Assembly: GCA_964019425.1 (NCBI GenBank) | Contig: OZ025788.1 | Location: forward strand, 682,001 to 746,000 | Reading direction: 5' to 3' | Length of the DNA: 64,000 nucleotides | DNA from: Flectonema sp. DT1601 | Lineage: Eukaryota | Shown: positions 10,929 through 21,923 of the stretch, in pieces | Layout: the number at the start of each line of letters is the position of its first letter | How positions within the stretch are numbered: the stretch's first letter is position 1 | Translations under genes and position numbers: made by a program | Notes under the pieces: generated by a model | The model's database searches: none | Told to the model about the DNA's origin: nothing | Seen by the model: the letters and a program-made list of their open reading frames with translations, nothing else

Positions 10929-11531
10929 TTATTGCTATACTAATCCATCCTGAAACAGTTATAATAATAATCCGATGATAGAAAGGAGGAAATGACAACA
11001 AAGAAAACAAGCGCAATTCAACTGTTCAGCTTCATTATTATAGCTGCGTCAAAATAATATTTAAATCGCAAGCAACCTTTTTTTTATGAAAGGCTCCGTT
11101 CCACTCGAATGGGAAGCAACTGGAAGTATGAATTCCAAAAGAGAGCACATTAAATGTAACATCAGAAAGATAGAATAGACACAGACACGTAAAGATACAA
11201 ACACTTCTTATTATAACCATGTTTCGGATAGTGTGCGAAGCAAAGTAAATTCATTTTATTCACTCAAGGAAATGTCTCCCTAGTTATTCCATGTTGAGCC
11301 TTGCTAATATAAACAAACCTCAAGAGACTAGTAGCTCTGAAGAGTTCCAATGCAAACTGAAAATAAATTAAGTTCGTACAAGACAGGAACTCAATCCAGC
11401 CGCTGGTGTTCTGCAGCAATTGTAGTTACTGCCGTCAATTAATTAGTTTCTATCTGAGTCATGACAATCTACTCAGATTATCGATTTACGAGAAACGGTT
11501 CTGAAAAAGATCACTTTCACGTTGCGAAGCA

Positions 11532-14500
11532 CTACCAGAATTTACAAGAATCACTCTCAGGGTCTTCAATGAGTCCATTTGTGTCTTCTCCATTACTCAA
11601 CTCATTATATATGAAATGTCCTACTCTCGAAACAAGAGCTTCAGAAGTCCCTTTTCGCCACGTTGCGTTGGCTGATGGCGAATTAAATAAATACTTCAAG
11701 TGATCGTCATGTACGGCAGCTGGTTCACATTGTGTTATCGAGGAAATACCATTCCTAAAGCAGAAGTACCCGGGGTAATCATAAGAAGGCTTAGGGGCAG
11801 CAGACAAGTAAGAACATGAGTTGTACCAATTATGAGAGAACAACCAATTAGTAAGACAAGGATGATCTACTGCAGAGTCCAACGCATTAATTTGAATTAC
11901 TTTCGACTGCATCCTTCCTCGAACTATCTTCGCTGCCTGACAAGCGTAGTACTTGTCAGTCAGCGCGCTGGCAATGCGATCAAACCAACTGGTGTTCACT
12001 TTCTCCATGTAATGTTGTTTTAGAGTACCAGACCCGACTAAGTTATCGAACGCTATTTCATTTCCAGGAGGTTGCACGACATAAAATAATTCACGCTGGA
12101 GAGCCTCCCACGTACTGAAGATCACAAGAAGAGGTTTGCTTAGATTTGTGTAAGAGTTATCATAAGAAGGTTTGAAATTCATTCCATTAGATAAACCGAT
12201 TAGTTCACTCACTGAAAGCTTCCAAAGAGAAGGACATCGAGTAATGTCGGGATTGCTGCAGTTGAGAGAAGTTAGTAATTGCGAGTCCGCACGCATTGCT
12301 TCTGATGGCGAAAGTAATGAAGTAGGCCGCAGTGAAATAATTTTCGACACTAACGGGTTGTTCTGATGTAGCAGAGCAGACTCATCTCCCATCACAACTA
12401 ACGTATTGCTCCCACCAATATTACCCGCATTCTCCGCTATCCACTTGATGGCAAGCAGTTGATCTTCGTAGCCATTGCGACCTCCAAAATAACCTAATAC
12501 TCCAATACGATGTCGAACATTAATTAAAATGAAGGCATTATTTGATTGCTTCTGAGAAGTACTAACGATAGCCGAGTGATCGATGTAGACTCCGGGGATT
12601 GCTTCATCGAATGAGATGATGATCGGTAGGTTCGTAGTTTGAATTCTTGGTCTAAAGATGTCTAATGTGAAACACGAAGACTCGTTATTCCAACACTGAG
12701 GACCCTCACTGGCTGCCCTTTGAGCTCCAGAGTTACTCTCGTTGAGTGGTCGTGGTGGTGAAAAGCGGGTCGAATTGGCATATTGAATTCCTTTAAAGGA
12801 ACGAACATCAGTCAACACGTTTCCAATGTACTGACCAGTTGAAGTAATTATTGAGTTCTTATAAACCGTTGACGAGAGGGGATCTGGATTCGGATCTGAT
12901 TGAACTACTCCAACGAAACATAAAAATAAAATTATAAAAACAGAAACAAATACCCCTTGCCAGTAGTTTAGAATATTAGCCGACATGTTTACCACTTCTG
13001 CAAGAGGTTTCTCTAAGAGAAGCCACGTCACGTAGGAACAAAAGTAGCTGCTGCATGTGGTTGCTATGAACAACATGACACCCTGAAAGTCTGAATAACT
13101 GTTAGGGGCCGTTAGTGTTGATTGCCAAACAATTAATACGAGCGGATGGATGAGGTAAGCACCAAACGTTAACTTTCCCATCGTAGACCAAACTTTACTA
13201 CTCATCAATCCCTTAATTAGACCCCCATGACCGAGTGCCATCGGTATAGACAACAGAGACAGTCCAAGTCCCCAACAAGAAGTATCTAAAAGAGCGTGAG
13301 CTTTTCTTTGTTCTAAAGACCAGGACTTCCCAAGTCCTACGGAATCGAAATACAGTCTACGGTGACGATAAATAACAAACGACAGTAAGAATGCGGCCAA
13401 CGAATACATCAAAACCCGAACCCAAGTTTTCGAAAAGGTTTTAGTTGTGGGAAGGCGCAATCGAAGGAACTCGCGTGTGGTTGTGTTGCAGCTAGCTGAT
13501 TGAGCTCTAGTGGGTTCCGACACCTTGTCTTTGATGATGTCATTAGAAGAAACCAATTTATCTTCATCTTCATCAACAGGAACAGGAGTGGGACTGTTGT
13601 CAGTCTCATTCACAATATCATCATCTTCTATAAACGCCATTTCCAATGCTCCATCTTCTTCTCTATTAATATTCTCATCGATAACGTCAGTTGAAACCTC
13701 TTCTGATAACAACCAACTCCAGTTCCCCTGAACAGAAAAAACGAAAAATTTACAGAGAATGCCGTGCAATAGCGGGGCGAAGCGAAACTGCGTCTTCTTG
13801 TAGGAAATGTCACTCAAATTAGTACTCAGAGGAGTGGTGGCTGCTACGTAAATTGCAACACCTAAGAAGACCACCAGGCTAAGAAATGTAACAACAGACA
13901 CAAATCGATTATAAGCAACAAGAGGTATCACTACAACAGGAGTTAAGATGGCGAATTGGAAGTCAACCGTTAGATACCAGGCCCAACCTAGGCAATTCTC
14001 AATGATGGGATCATAGAGATTGTTGATGTAAAGAAAGTTTGTCCACCACCACTTTTCACAATTTGGTTTTCTACCCGACATGGAAGCCCATTTGTTCAAA
14101 TTCCTGAAGTAGTGATTCCAAAAAGGACCAGATCCCATGTGTGGAATAACCAAGAAAGCCATCATTATTATAAACGCGAGTAGCGGAGTTAACCGAAACC
14201 ATCTCAAAAGGTAACTTTTTAAAGTCGTGCTCACCACATAAAGAGGCTTTTGGTATTGTTCACGAGCACTGGTAACTGACTTTATGACAGATGTGGTGCA
14301 TAAAAAGCCGCCCATCCAAAGGAAGGTATCAACTCCTAATGTGTAAGTTCTATTTAAAATACTTTCTGGTGCAATTAATCGAAGGTTAAGATATTCGTAG
14401 TTTTTGTACCCACCAACCCAATTAAAACTTTCCATGTGTCCTAAAATAATCCAAAGCATTGTAAGTGATCGAATTGCATCAAAGAAGGCTGTCGAACCTC

Positions 14501-15017
14501 CACGAAAGCTGAGCAAGTTCTTTGAATTCTCAATCGGGTCAAAGCATCGAAGGACTCCTGACAACCAATCTGCCTTAGCGACTATTCTATTGATGGTTTC
14601 ATTCTTTGAACTATCTTTTAGCATCGAATACGCGAGTGACATGAAAACTAACAAAACTAACGAAATCAAAACAGCTATCGCCATGACTGATGCCCAAGAC
14701 AAGGGATAGCCGTCCCCTTCACACCACACTGCGAGATGTTCCCTCGCTCCATTCTTCTCTAAAAACCAATCAGCAATATCTTCATTCGGACACTTGTTCG
14801 GAAAGCACTGATGCCAACTTTCACCTGATGGAGCAGTAATTTCACAGAATTTTGTGCGAGTCAAACCATAAAGGTTGTGTTCACTGTACCAGTTCATCTT
14901 CCAACAGGTGTCGTAGTCAGCATTCTCTAATTCGTAATAAATATTCTCATTGACGCAGTTCATGTGAAATCCTACAAAATGAAATAGCCTCGTGAAATAC
15001 AACAACAACACAAACAA
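11532..15017 (-). CDS. NRF-6-like O-acyltransferase (acyltransferase-3) fused to a degenerate type-B carboxylesterase domain; 5' end uncertain
   Basis: NRF-type CFPNKC..EDI. AT3 motifs FDAIRS..MLWIILGH, GVDTF, RWFRLTP, WYLTVDFQ and LLEKP. Then carboxylesterase motifs FKGIQYA..RFSPP, CFTLDIFRP, RIGVLGY and DQLLAIKWI.EN...IGG in the same frame. Confidence 0.85.
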   Translation of the reverse strand: MFVLLLYFTRLFHFVGFHMNCVNENIYYELENADYDTCWKMNWYSEHNLYGLTRTKFCEITAPSGESWHQCFPNKCPNEDIADWFLEKNGAREHLAVWCEGDGYPLSWASVMAIAVLISLVLLVFMSLAYSMLKDSSKNETINRIVAKADWLSGVLRCFDPIENSKNLLSFRGGSTAFFDAIRSLTMLWIILGHMESFNWVGGYKNYEYLNLRLIAPESILNRTYTLGVDTFLWMGGFLCTTSVIKSVTSAREQYQKPLYVVSTTLKSYLLRWFRLTPLLAFIIMMAFLVIPHMGSGPFWNHYFRNLNKWASMSGRKPNCEKWWWTNFLYINNLYDPIIENCLGWAWYLTVDFQFAILTPVVVIPLVAYNRFVSVVTFLSLVVFLGVAIYVAATTPLSTNLSDISYKKTQFRFAPLLHGILCKFFVFSVQGNWSWLLSEEVSTDVIDENINREEDGALEMAFIEDDDIVNETDNSPTPVPVDEDEDKLVSSNDIIKDKVSEPTRAQSASCNTTTREFLRLRLPTTKTFSKTWVRVLMYSLAAFLLSFVIYRHRRLYFDSVGLGKSWSLEQRKAHALLDTSCWGLGLSLLSIPMALGHGGLIKGLMSSKVWSTMGKLTFGAYLIHPLVLIVWQSTLTAPNSYSDFQGVMLFIATTCSSYFCSYVTWLLLEKPLAEVVNMSANILNYWQGVFVSVFIILFLCFVGVVQSDPNPDPLSSTVYKNSIITSTGQYIGNVLTDVRSFKGIQYANSTRFSPPRPLNESNSGAQRAASEGPQCWNNESSCFTLDIFRPRIQTTNLPIIISFDEAIPGVYIDHSAIVSTSQKQSNNAFILINVRHRIGVLGYFGGRNGYEDQLLAIKWIAENAGNIGGSNTLVVMGDESALLHQNNPLVSKIISLRPTSLLSPSEAMRADSQLLTSLNCSNPDITRCPSLWKLSVSELIGLSNGMNFKPSYDNSYTNLSKPLLVIFSTWEALQRELFYVVQPPGNEIAFDNLVGSGTLKQHYMEKVNTSWFDRIASALTDKYYACQAAKIVRGRMQSKVIQINALDSAVDHPCLTNWLFSHNWYNSCSYLSAAPKPSYDYPGYFCFRNGISSITQCEPAAVHDDHLKYLFNSPSANATWRKGTSEALVSRVGHFIYNELSNGEDTNGLIEDPESDSCKFW

Positions 15018-15184
15018 GTGTCAAGTATAATTATTTGCAAGTAGCATAGCTCTGACAAGACGAGGTGTCAAGCTGATAATTTCTTTGGGGGGCATTAAAT
15101 ACCATTTCATCTTACGGGTAGAAGCAAACTACAACCGATGATGCTACTTAGATATAACTACTAACAGCCGTAGTTGTTTCATTT

Positions 15185-16025
15185 TTACTCCGCCTTCGCA
15201 ATGAATTGAACTCCCAGTTTGTCCAGCGGAGCTGCAAAACGTAATTCTCGCATTTTTTTAAGTAGCTTATTTACCAAATAATTCTTTGTATGACTTACGT
15301 GGATTACTCGTTGCTTCAGTACAGCTATGCGCATGTTTTGAAATCGATAAGAGTTCCTGACGATGATCCTCCTGTTCTCTTGCTGTTTGTTGTTTTAGAA
15401 TTTGAATGGTCTCATTAGTTGAAAGACAATTAACAATTCTTCCTGTTCCACTACTTGCAATACTTGGTGTTGGGACCTTCATAACAGATCTCTCAATAAA
15501 CCCCTGCTGGTCTGCGGTGCTGCCTTTAGGAAGTGCTTGAGCACATAAAACATTCAACGCTTTCGTCAATGTATCGGCAGTCTTTATTTCTCCACTCTGT
15601 CTTATTGATTGGATCTGAACGAGCATAGGAGCGCTGTTCTCATCAACGTTACCTCTTGTGATCCCCCATTTCTGAAGTATCGCTTCTGCTTCTTTGATTT
15701 CCTCACTAGTCGGTCCTGATTTCTCATTGATTGTTACCTTCTTCGACGCGTCACTTTTTAAGTTACACTTTGCAACTGACTCACCAACAACTTCACTCGT
15801 TTTCGGCCTTGTCTGTCCTTCTCTTATTATAATATTTGATTCTTGAACCTTCTGAGGAGGTGGAGATTCCGCCAAACTCAGCGCAGCAATCTTCTTCCTA
15901 ATCGACTCAATGCTCACTTCAATTCTCTTTCCCTTGTCAGGTAGTCTGGCAAGTAGTTGTTTGTCATTCAGAAGGGAGAGACCCCCAGCAAGGTCTGCCT
16001 CAAGCTCAGCTATACTTGTAGACAT
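15185..16025 (-). CDS. POLR2M: Gdown1 / POLR2M (GRINL1A)-like protein (probable 43-nt intron 15232-15274)
   Basis: N-terminal LLNDKQLLARLPDKGKRI...I carries the LPDKG hallmark. C-terminal LSTNETIQILKQQ resembles the second conserved Gdown1 block. Confidence 0.55.
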
Positions 16026-17156
16026 TTTGATGAACCTAATTTAGGGAAGAAAACCGTAAACAAAACAACAGTAAACTCAAAACATAACTGCACAGCAATT
16101 AACCAGCTGATGATAGCTCATCGTGAGGTGACAACAAAGCAGCTCACAAATATATCTTCTTTACGAAGGTGGATGGTTTTGCCAGGTACTACTTCGTTTG
16201 GTTGCAGTGAAAGAAATACGAATCGGATGATTGCAGACGATCGATGCATTATTTCAATTTATTGGTTCCCAATTGTTTGATAACATAATAAAGTAGTTAT
16301 ATAAGAATAAATAGAAAAAAAACCAGAGAACAAACAAAATAAATGATCCGAAATAATCCCGTGTGGAAACGCAATTCGAATAGATTACTACGATGTAATA
16401 AAAACGGCTTCTATTCGTTCGTAGCTATCAATCTAATCCTTTTTAAAGAATGAGGCACTTCCTCTGATCGATATTTCCGCGATACGTAATAAACACAATA
16501 GATGAGAGGGACTTTACTACTTAGTATTTCTGTAGCAGTTGTTTTCAGGAAAGATGAAAAAGATTACGATTGGGTCAGATGATGCAAATAAAAAAAAAAT
16601 AATAATAATAAATAAGTTCGAAAAGAACGTTTTGAATAAAATAAAAATAAAAATTTCTCGCAGACGTGGGCTGTAACGTGGTTGGAATAAGAGTGCTGTC
16701 TATTAAGAGAGTACTGGAAGATTCTTGAAGCACTCTGACAAATCAGAGGGATCTAATTTGGGGAATTGACGAAGACATCTGAACTAGAAAACAAAACATG
16801 AAAAACAGATTTTTTTTTTTTTTTTTTTCTCGAAACAACAGTCTTCAGACAGCGAGACAATCGTTCACGTATCTTTCCCCTGCTGAATGAGACGACACAA
16901 TTGCCAGAAAGATGCTCAAAGTAGCTATATGACTTCTTGTAGGAATCAATAAACCAACTTAGACAATAACCGGGGATCAGGGAAAGATAAAGAACTAAAA
17001 CTGAAAAAAGAAAAAGAAAATAGGATTATTTATGTTTTTTTTGAGAAAAATAAAAAACAATTTTTAAAAAAATCGGACGATCCTTCGGACGACGGCTATG
17101 TACTTTTGCTTAAATGAGAACCAGGGGAGAGCATAACCAGATGGACAAATGGTTCG

Positions 17157-17202
17157 AAACTACAAAGAGACCATGAGTATCAACATGATCTCTTTATAGT
17201 TT
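17157..17202 (-). other. Intergenic hairpin, 19-bp stem with 8-nt loop
   Basis: AAACTACAAAGAGACCATG ... CATGATCTCTTTATAGTTT. The two mismatches become G-U pairs on the minus strand. Confidence 0.7.
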
Positions 17203-19185
17203 GCCGCAGGCAGGACAAGCAGCCAAGGGAAACAGAAATGAACTACCGCACTAGAAAGTAATCTTTTAAACTACTTCCCTACTTCCCAGTACAGTAATTA
17301 ACCAAATGCAACACAATGAGATGGAAAGCAGCAGTCACAAAACTGCCTTCCATCAAATTGCAAAAAACTCCCGGCTGCGGGTGGTGACAGGTAACATAAA
17401 GAGGTTAAGAGTAGTGGTATTTAATGATTTCCAGGTAAAGAGATTTCAGTATCGTTATTTTCATTATTTTCGGCTTCACAGTTGCATAAAACAAAACTTC
17501 AAAACGATGTACGCCAGACGGCACTTCACAAAAGAGAGAAAACAGTTAATTAATAACAGAAACTCCAGGAGCTTGGATGAAAAACTTCCTACTTCTTCTT
17601 ACACCCAATGCGTGTAGAGAAGCGAGGATGTCATTAAAAACAGAAAAGGAAATGCATCTAACTAACGGTACAGGTTCATTTTGATATCTGCACTATGAAG
17701 TCTAAATATTTTATTTACTAATGACTAATCTTCTGGGTTAAATACAGGAGGAAATGGTAAATTAATTCGCTGATCGGATTGATAGGGGAATGAGTGTTAA
17801 AGAAGAGCACCATAGTCAGATTATAAAGTCTGGTTATCAGTAGTTGGCTGATTGTGTTGTTGGAAAAAGGGAACGACTACCAATTTCTCTTTCAATAGAT
17901 AGCAAAATCAATTAAGAAGAGAGAGAGAAGAAAAAAAAACAGCCCGTTTGTCTGCTGAACCTGCAAGTAAATTACTAAACACACTTGTTACTCACCTGTA
18001 GAGAACGAGTGCAAAGGGGAAGTACAAACTACAATGGACAGATATGATCCATAAACACAAAGAGGATGTCTGTTAATTTAGAAGTGAACGAAGAGAAGTA
18101 GTCCGATTATCACAAAACCAGTTTCGAAGTACAGACAGAAGAAGACTTGAAATGGGTCATTGTTTTCTGATAATTGGAAAACTTCACAAAAATCAGTTTC
18201 AACAAGGCGATCTGAGATGGGCTCTTGAACTTCATTGGGGAGCGCATCGTAACAAGTCGATCATCAGAAGGGTAGTAACACAGGAAAGGTACTTGACTTC
18301 GCCTAATGCAGTTTGGCCGTAACTTACGTCGCGTTCGGTAAGTAGTCAAAACAGTGTTAAGGAGGCAGAGCTCTTATAACTATTTTACAGTCATTTTGAA
18401 TATTCGCACAATTTTTTTTTTTTTTTTTGTAAAATAAAAAGACTGCCATAGCAGGCGTGTGGAATTTAATGTCATAAGAGAACGGGGTGGCAGAGACGAG
18501 TAACTTATGAATGGCAATCTGTGGGATAATTCTTGCAGTTATTTATGTTTAAGGAAATCAGGGAATGCTCGCAGAGAAAATAGGCGAGACTCTCACTGAT
18601 CATTATTCACTTGCCAAGACCCACCTGATTGCTATTGTAGAAACTGATTGATTGAAAATATGTATCAATACGGAAGAGAAGCTCAAAGATGCTGCATTGT
18701 ACAGGGAAGGCAGTATGACAAAGGGCACTCTAAAGGCAACACGATCAGCTAAGCAGAAGGTAATCTTATACACTTTGACAAAGCGAACCGCAGAAACGCA
18801 GCACCAAACATCGAAAGCCAGATCGGTCCAACATGAACCATGTTTTGCAAAGAAAAAAGAATCGACTTCAAAAGTAATTCGAAACAAACTTTAAAAGTAA
18901 GTTCGTTCACTCAGAAAGACTTCGCCTTTTGTTAATATTATTGAATAATTGAAAAAACAAAAAATAAAAAACTAAAAATTAAAACTTACCTTTTTTTTTT
19001 TTTTTTTTTTTGTTGCTAACTAGTTGATAGCATTCAAATAACATAATTTGTCTCAGCGTAACTTTTTTTAAATTACCTGAGCAGTCAAGTGTATAAGATC
19101 AACAAACTTGTTGTACGAAAAAGGGAACGAAACATAAACCAGAGTACTCTGCTCCAATAACATCGTCACTATAAAATATAATTAA

Positions 19186-20884
19186 CCCTAACACCACCGT
19201 AAGAACCCCCAAAACAACGGGTCCAAAATGTTACTGTTTTTTTCAAAAAGAGAAAAGGTACCCCTCCAGAAAACCTATGTACCAAACCGGACACAACTAC
19301 TACTACGGGTCAATAGAACCTGTCCCGCACACCTAACGGTGCGTACCTTAGTGCGTTGTTGCACATTCAGCAGAACTAATAAAGTTGGCAGTGTCGCACT
19401 AACGCACTCAACGGTTTCCATTCATAGCAGCTGCATGTTATTCCCTTCCCGTATTTTGAAAGGGATGATGTTTCGTCAAAGGGAGCCCAAGTAAAGAGAA
19501 TGCCAAATCACGGCCGAAATTAAATCGAAAAAATCAGATTTCCCCCCTGTTTTTTGAGCTTGTAAAAGCCCTCTGTGGTAGCGGAAAATACACAAACAAC
19601 CCGCATCATGGCACAGCAGGTTCAGACACACGGGAGGATTACCGCATCGGGGTTGATAAACTCGAAAAATATAAATAACATCGATCCCAGATCATGGAAC
19701 TTCATTAGTTACTCGTGCAGCTACTCAGATCAGACCGTGTTGGGCTGGATCTATAAACTTCCACCTCTTTACCCCACCAGCCTGACATGCTGGATTTTTG
19801 GGAAGTTGGCGGTTTAGGAACATCACAAGGAATTTTGTAGTTTTAGAGGGTGTGATACCTTTTGAAACATGAGTAAGCACAAAACGCTTGGTTGCATCGC
19901 TCACAGTAATCCAGTGATTGTGCGCGCTTTGCGCGAACTGCGCACTGACGAGCCTTTTCCATCTTTCCGAGTAGTGTCCCAAAGCTGGCTTGAGGCGATC
20001 AGGGATTGATACTGATTGTGGAGAAGGCGGTACTGATGATGTTCATTAATAGTGTTGGTGCCGCTCTGGTACGTTTAAATGTACCTATAAGCTGCCCAAA
20101 ACAAAGCCAATTTGAAGGATAAGAATCTCTTGCTTCTCCAACTATCCGTCCAAAGTTCACCATGCCCACGTCGCATCAGGATAAAGGAATTCAAGATACA
20201 CGTCTCCACTTCAGATCCTCATGCCCGGGGGCAGGTAATATCGCAGAGAAGTGTAAGTTCCTCTGTATTTCGGCAAAGCGATTACGTGAAAACACTTGCG
20301 GAAAGAACAACAGGGGCATGTCATTCAAACCCCAGGAATCCCCCAGGTTAGATTTTATTGGGAGGTGCGTTAGTAGTGTTGTGCCAACAAAGGCCCTTAG
20401 CTCCTGCGTACTGGTTTTAAATTTTCTTCCCCTCTGTGAGGCATAGGCCTCAGAGTTTTTCTTCATCAGCTGGAAAACTGATTATCCGAAGAAAAACTCA
20501 AAAACCTGCAGCTCCGACTTGCCTGCAACTCTAATCATTAACGTTTCTTGGAAAACGCGTTTTTATTCTTGGTAACCCTTGTTACCTCCCCTCCCCATTT
20601 GGAGATACTTCGTCAAGTGACGAATCGGAGCACACCGACGATGGATTAACAATTACTGTTGCATCCTCATCAGAACTGTGGACCGACATATTTCCCAAGT
20701 TGATTTTGGCCAGCTTTAGCAAATGGAAAAATTACCATTTAATAAAAACTATTGCGGCGCAACATAAAAGACATTGCAACAATACCTCTCCCGTGAAATC
20801 GTTGTACTCAGAAATGCAAAAATTTCACTTAGCAAAAAAAAATTTTTTTTTCAGACTGATATATCAGCTCCGGTATTGTAAGGG
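19186..20884 (-). mobile_element. Internally deleted piggyBac-family DNA transposon (about 1.7 kb)
   Basis: TTAA at 19182-19185 and 20885-20888 flank CCCT...AGGG termini. Imperfect TIRs CCCTAACACCACCG / CCCTTACAATACCG match at 11/14. Transposase fragments lie inside. Confidence 0.9.
19843..20689 (-). pseudogene. piggyBac transposase remnant lacking the DDD catalytic core
   Basis: Fragments VFEFFFG*SVFQLMKKNSEAYA, ELRAFVG, FSRNRFAEIQRNLHF, CILNSFILM and a C-terminal Cys-rich domain CAVR...YCERCNQAFCAYSCFKRYH. In-frame stops and frameshifts are present. Confidence 0.85.
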
Positions 20885-21094
20885 TTAAATATTAATTATA
20901 TTTAACAGCTGTGATTCTTAAAACACGCAGTCAATAAACTTCAATGCAACACCTCAAACACTAAGAACGAATATCCGAACTCAAAAAAAAAAGAAAGTTT
21001 TGCTTAGAAAAAAAGCAACACATGCAAGCAAAAAAGTTGGGGGAAAAAAATAAAAAAATGTCAACATTTTTACTTTGAAGTTATTTCTAAGAGG

Positions 21095-21128
<34 letters not shown>

Positions 21129-21923
21129 AATTCTTTTTTAGGCAATCGTAGACACATATCTAAATCATTAAACAAGAAAGTTGAAAAAAACATCCGCTGA
21201 GCTAAAAAGATGCAGTTGTCGAAATAACATTCTCGCGAAGGAAGGCGATCGGGTCTGTGACTAATTCCACGTGACACAAGTCCTCGACTTCGTGAGACAC
21301 GTTCAATGAGCCATTCAAGTAAGAAAGCTTGTCGTCATGCAGATGAATCCACAAATGCAGCTAATTAACCAAACCATTCGCCTGTATTTCAACACAATAA
21401 CAAAAGAGGTTTTGGGTCTGACGCCCTGTCTCTCGACAGGAATGTAAACAAATATTTGGACAAACCTACCGATAGTACTGTCTACCTTCCCAACATCCTC
21501 TTGTTAAAGAAAAGAGAAAAGTGAAAAAGGGAATATTCCAACGGTGGTTCCAAGATAAAAAAAAAAATGAACCTCCGAAGAGCGCAAGAAACAAGAGCGC
21601 AAGTAAGTGTTTCGGGTTCGCGGGGTTGTATGTGAAAAAATTACTCCAATCTTGAAATGAAGGTTTGAAATGAGCGCGAACAAAAAATATTATAAAATGA
21701 AAAGCACAACTCTGATGTGCAGTTTGAAAAGGATAAGCAACAAGGAAGGATGCTGCTCCAACCAATAAGACGTTTTATACAGAACAGAAATATTCAGTCT
21801 GTAGAGAGAAAGTGTTCACAAAAATAAGACTCTAACAGATATCCCGACTATGAAGCAGTCCATCAGCAGTTTATCCGCGAGAATTGTGTATCCGAGTGAA
21901 GAGCAGCCAACTTCATTTTTGGT

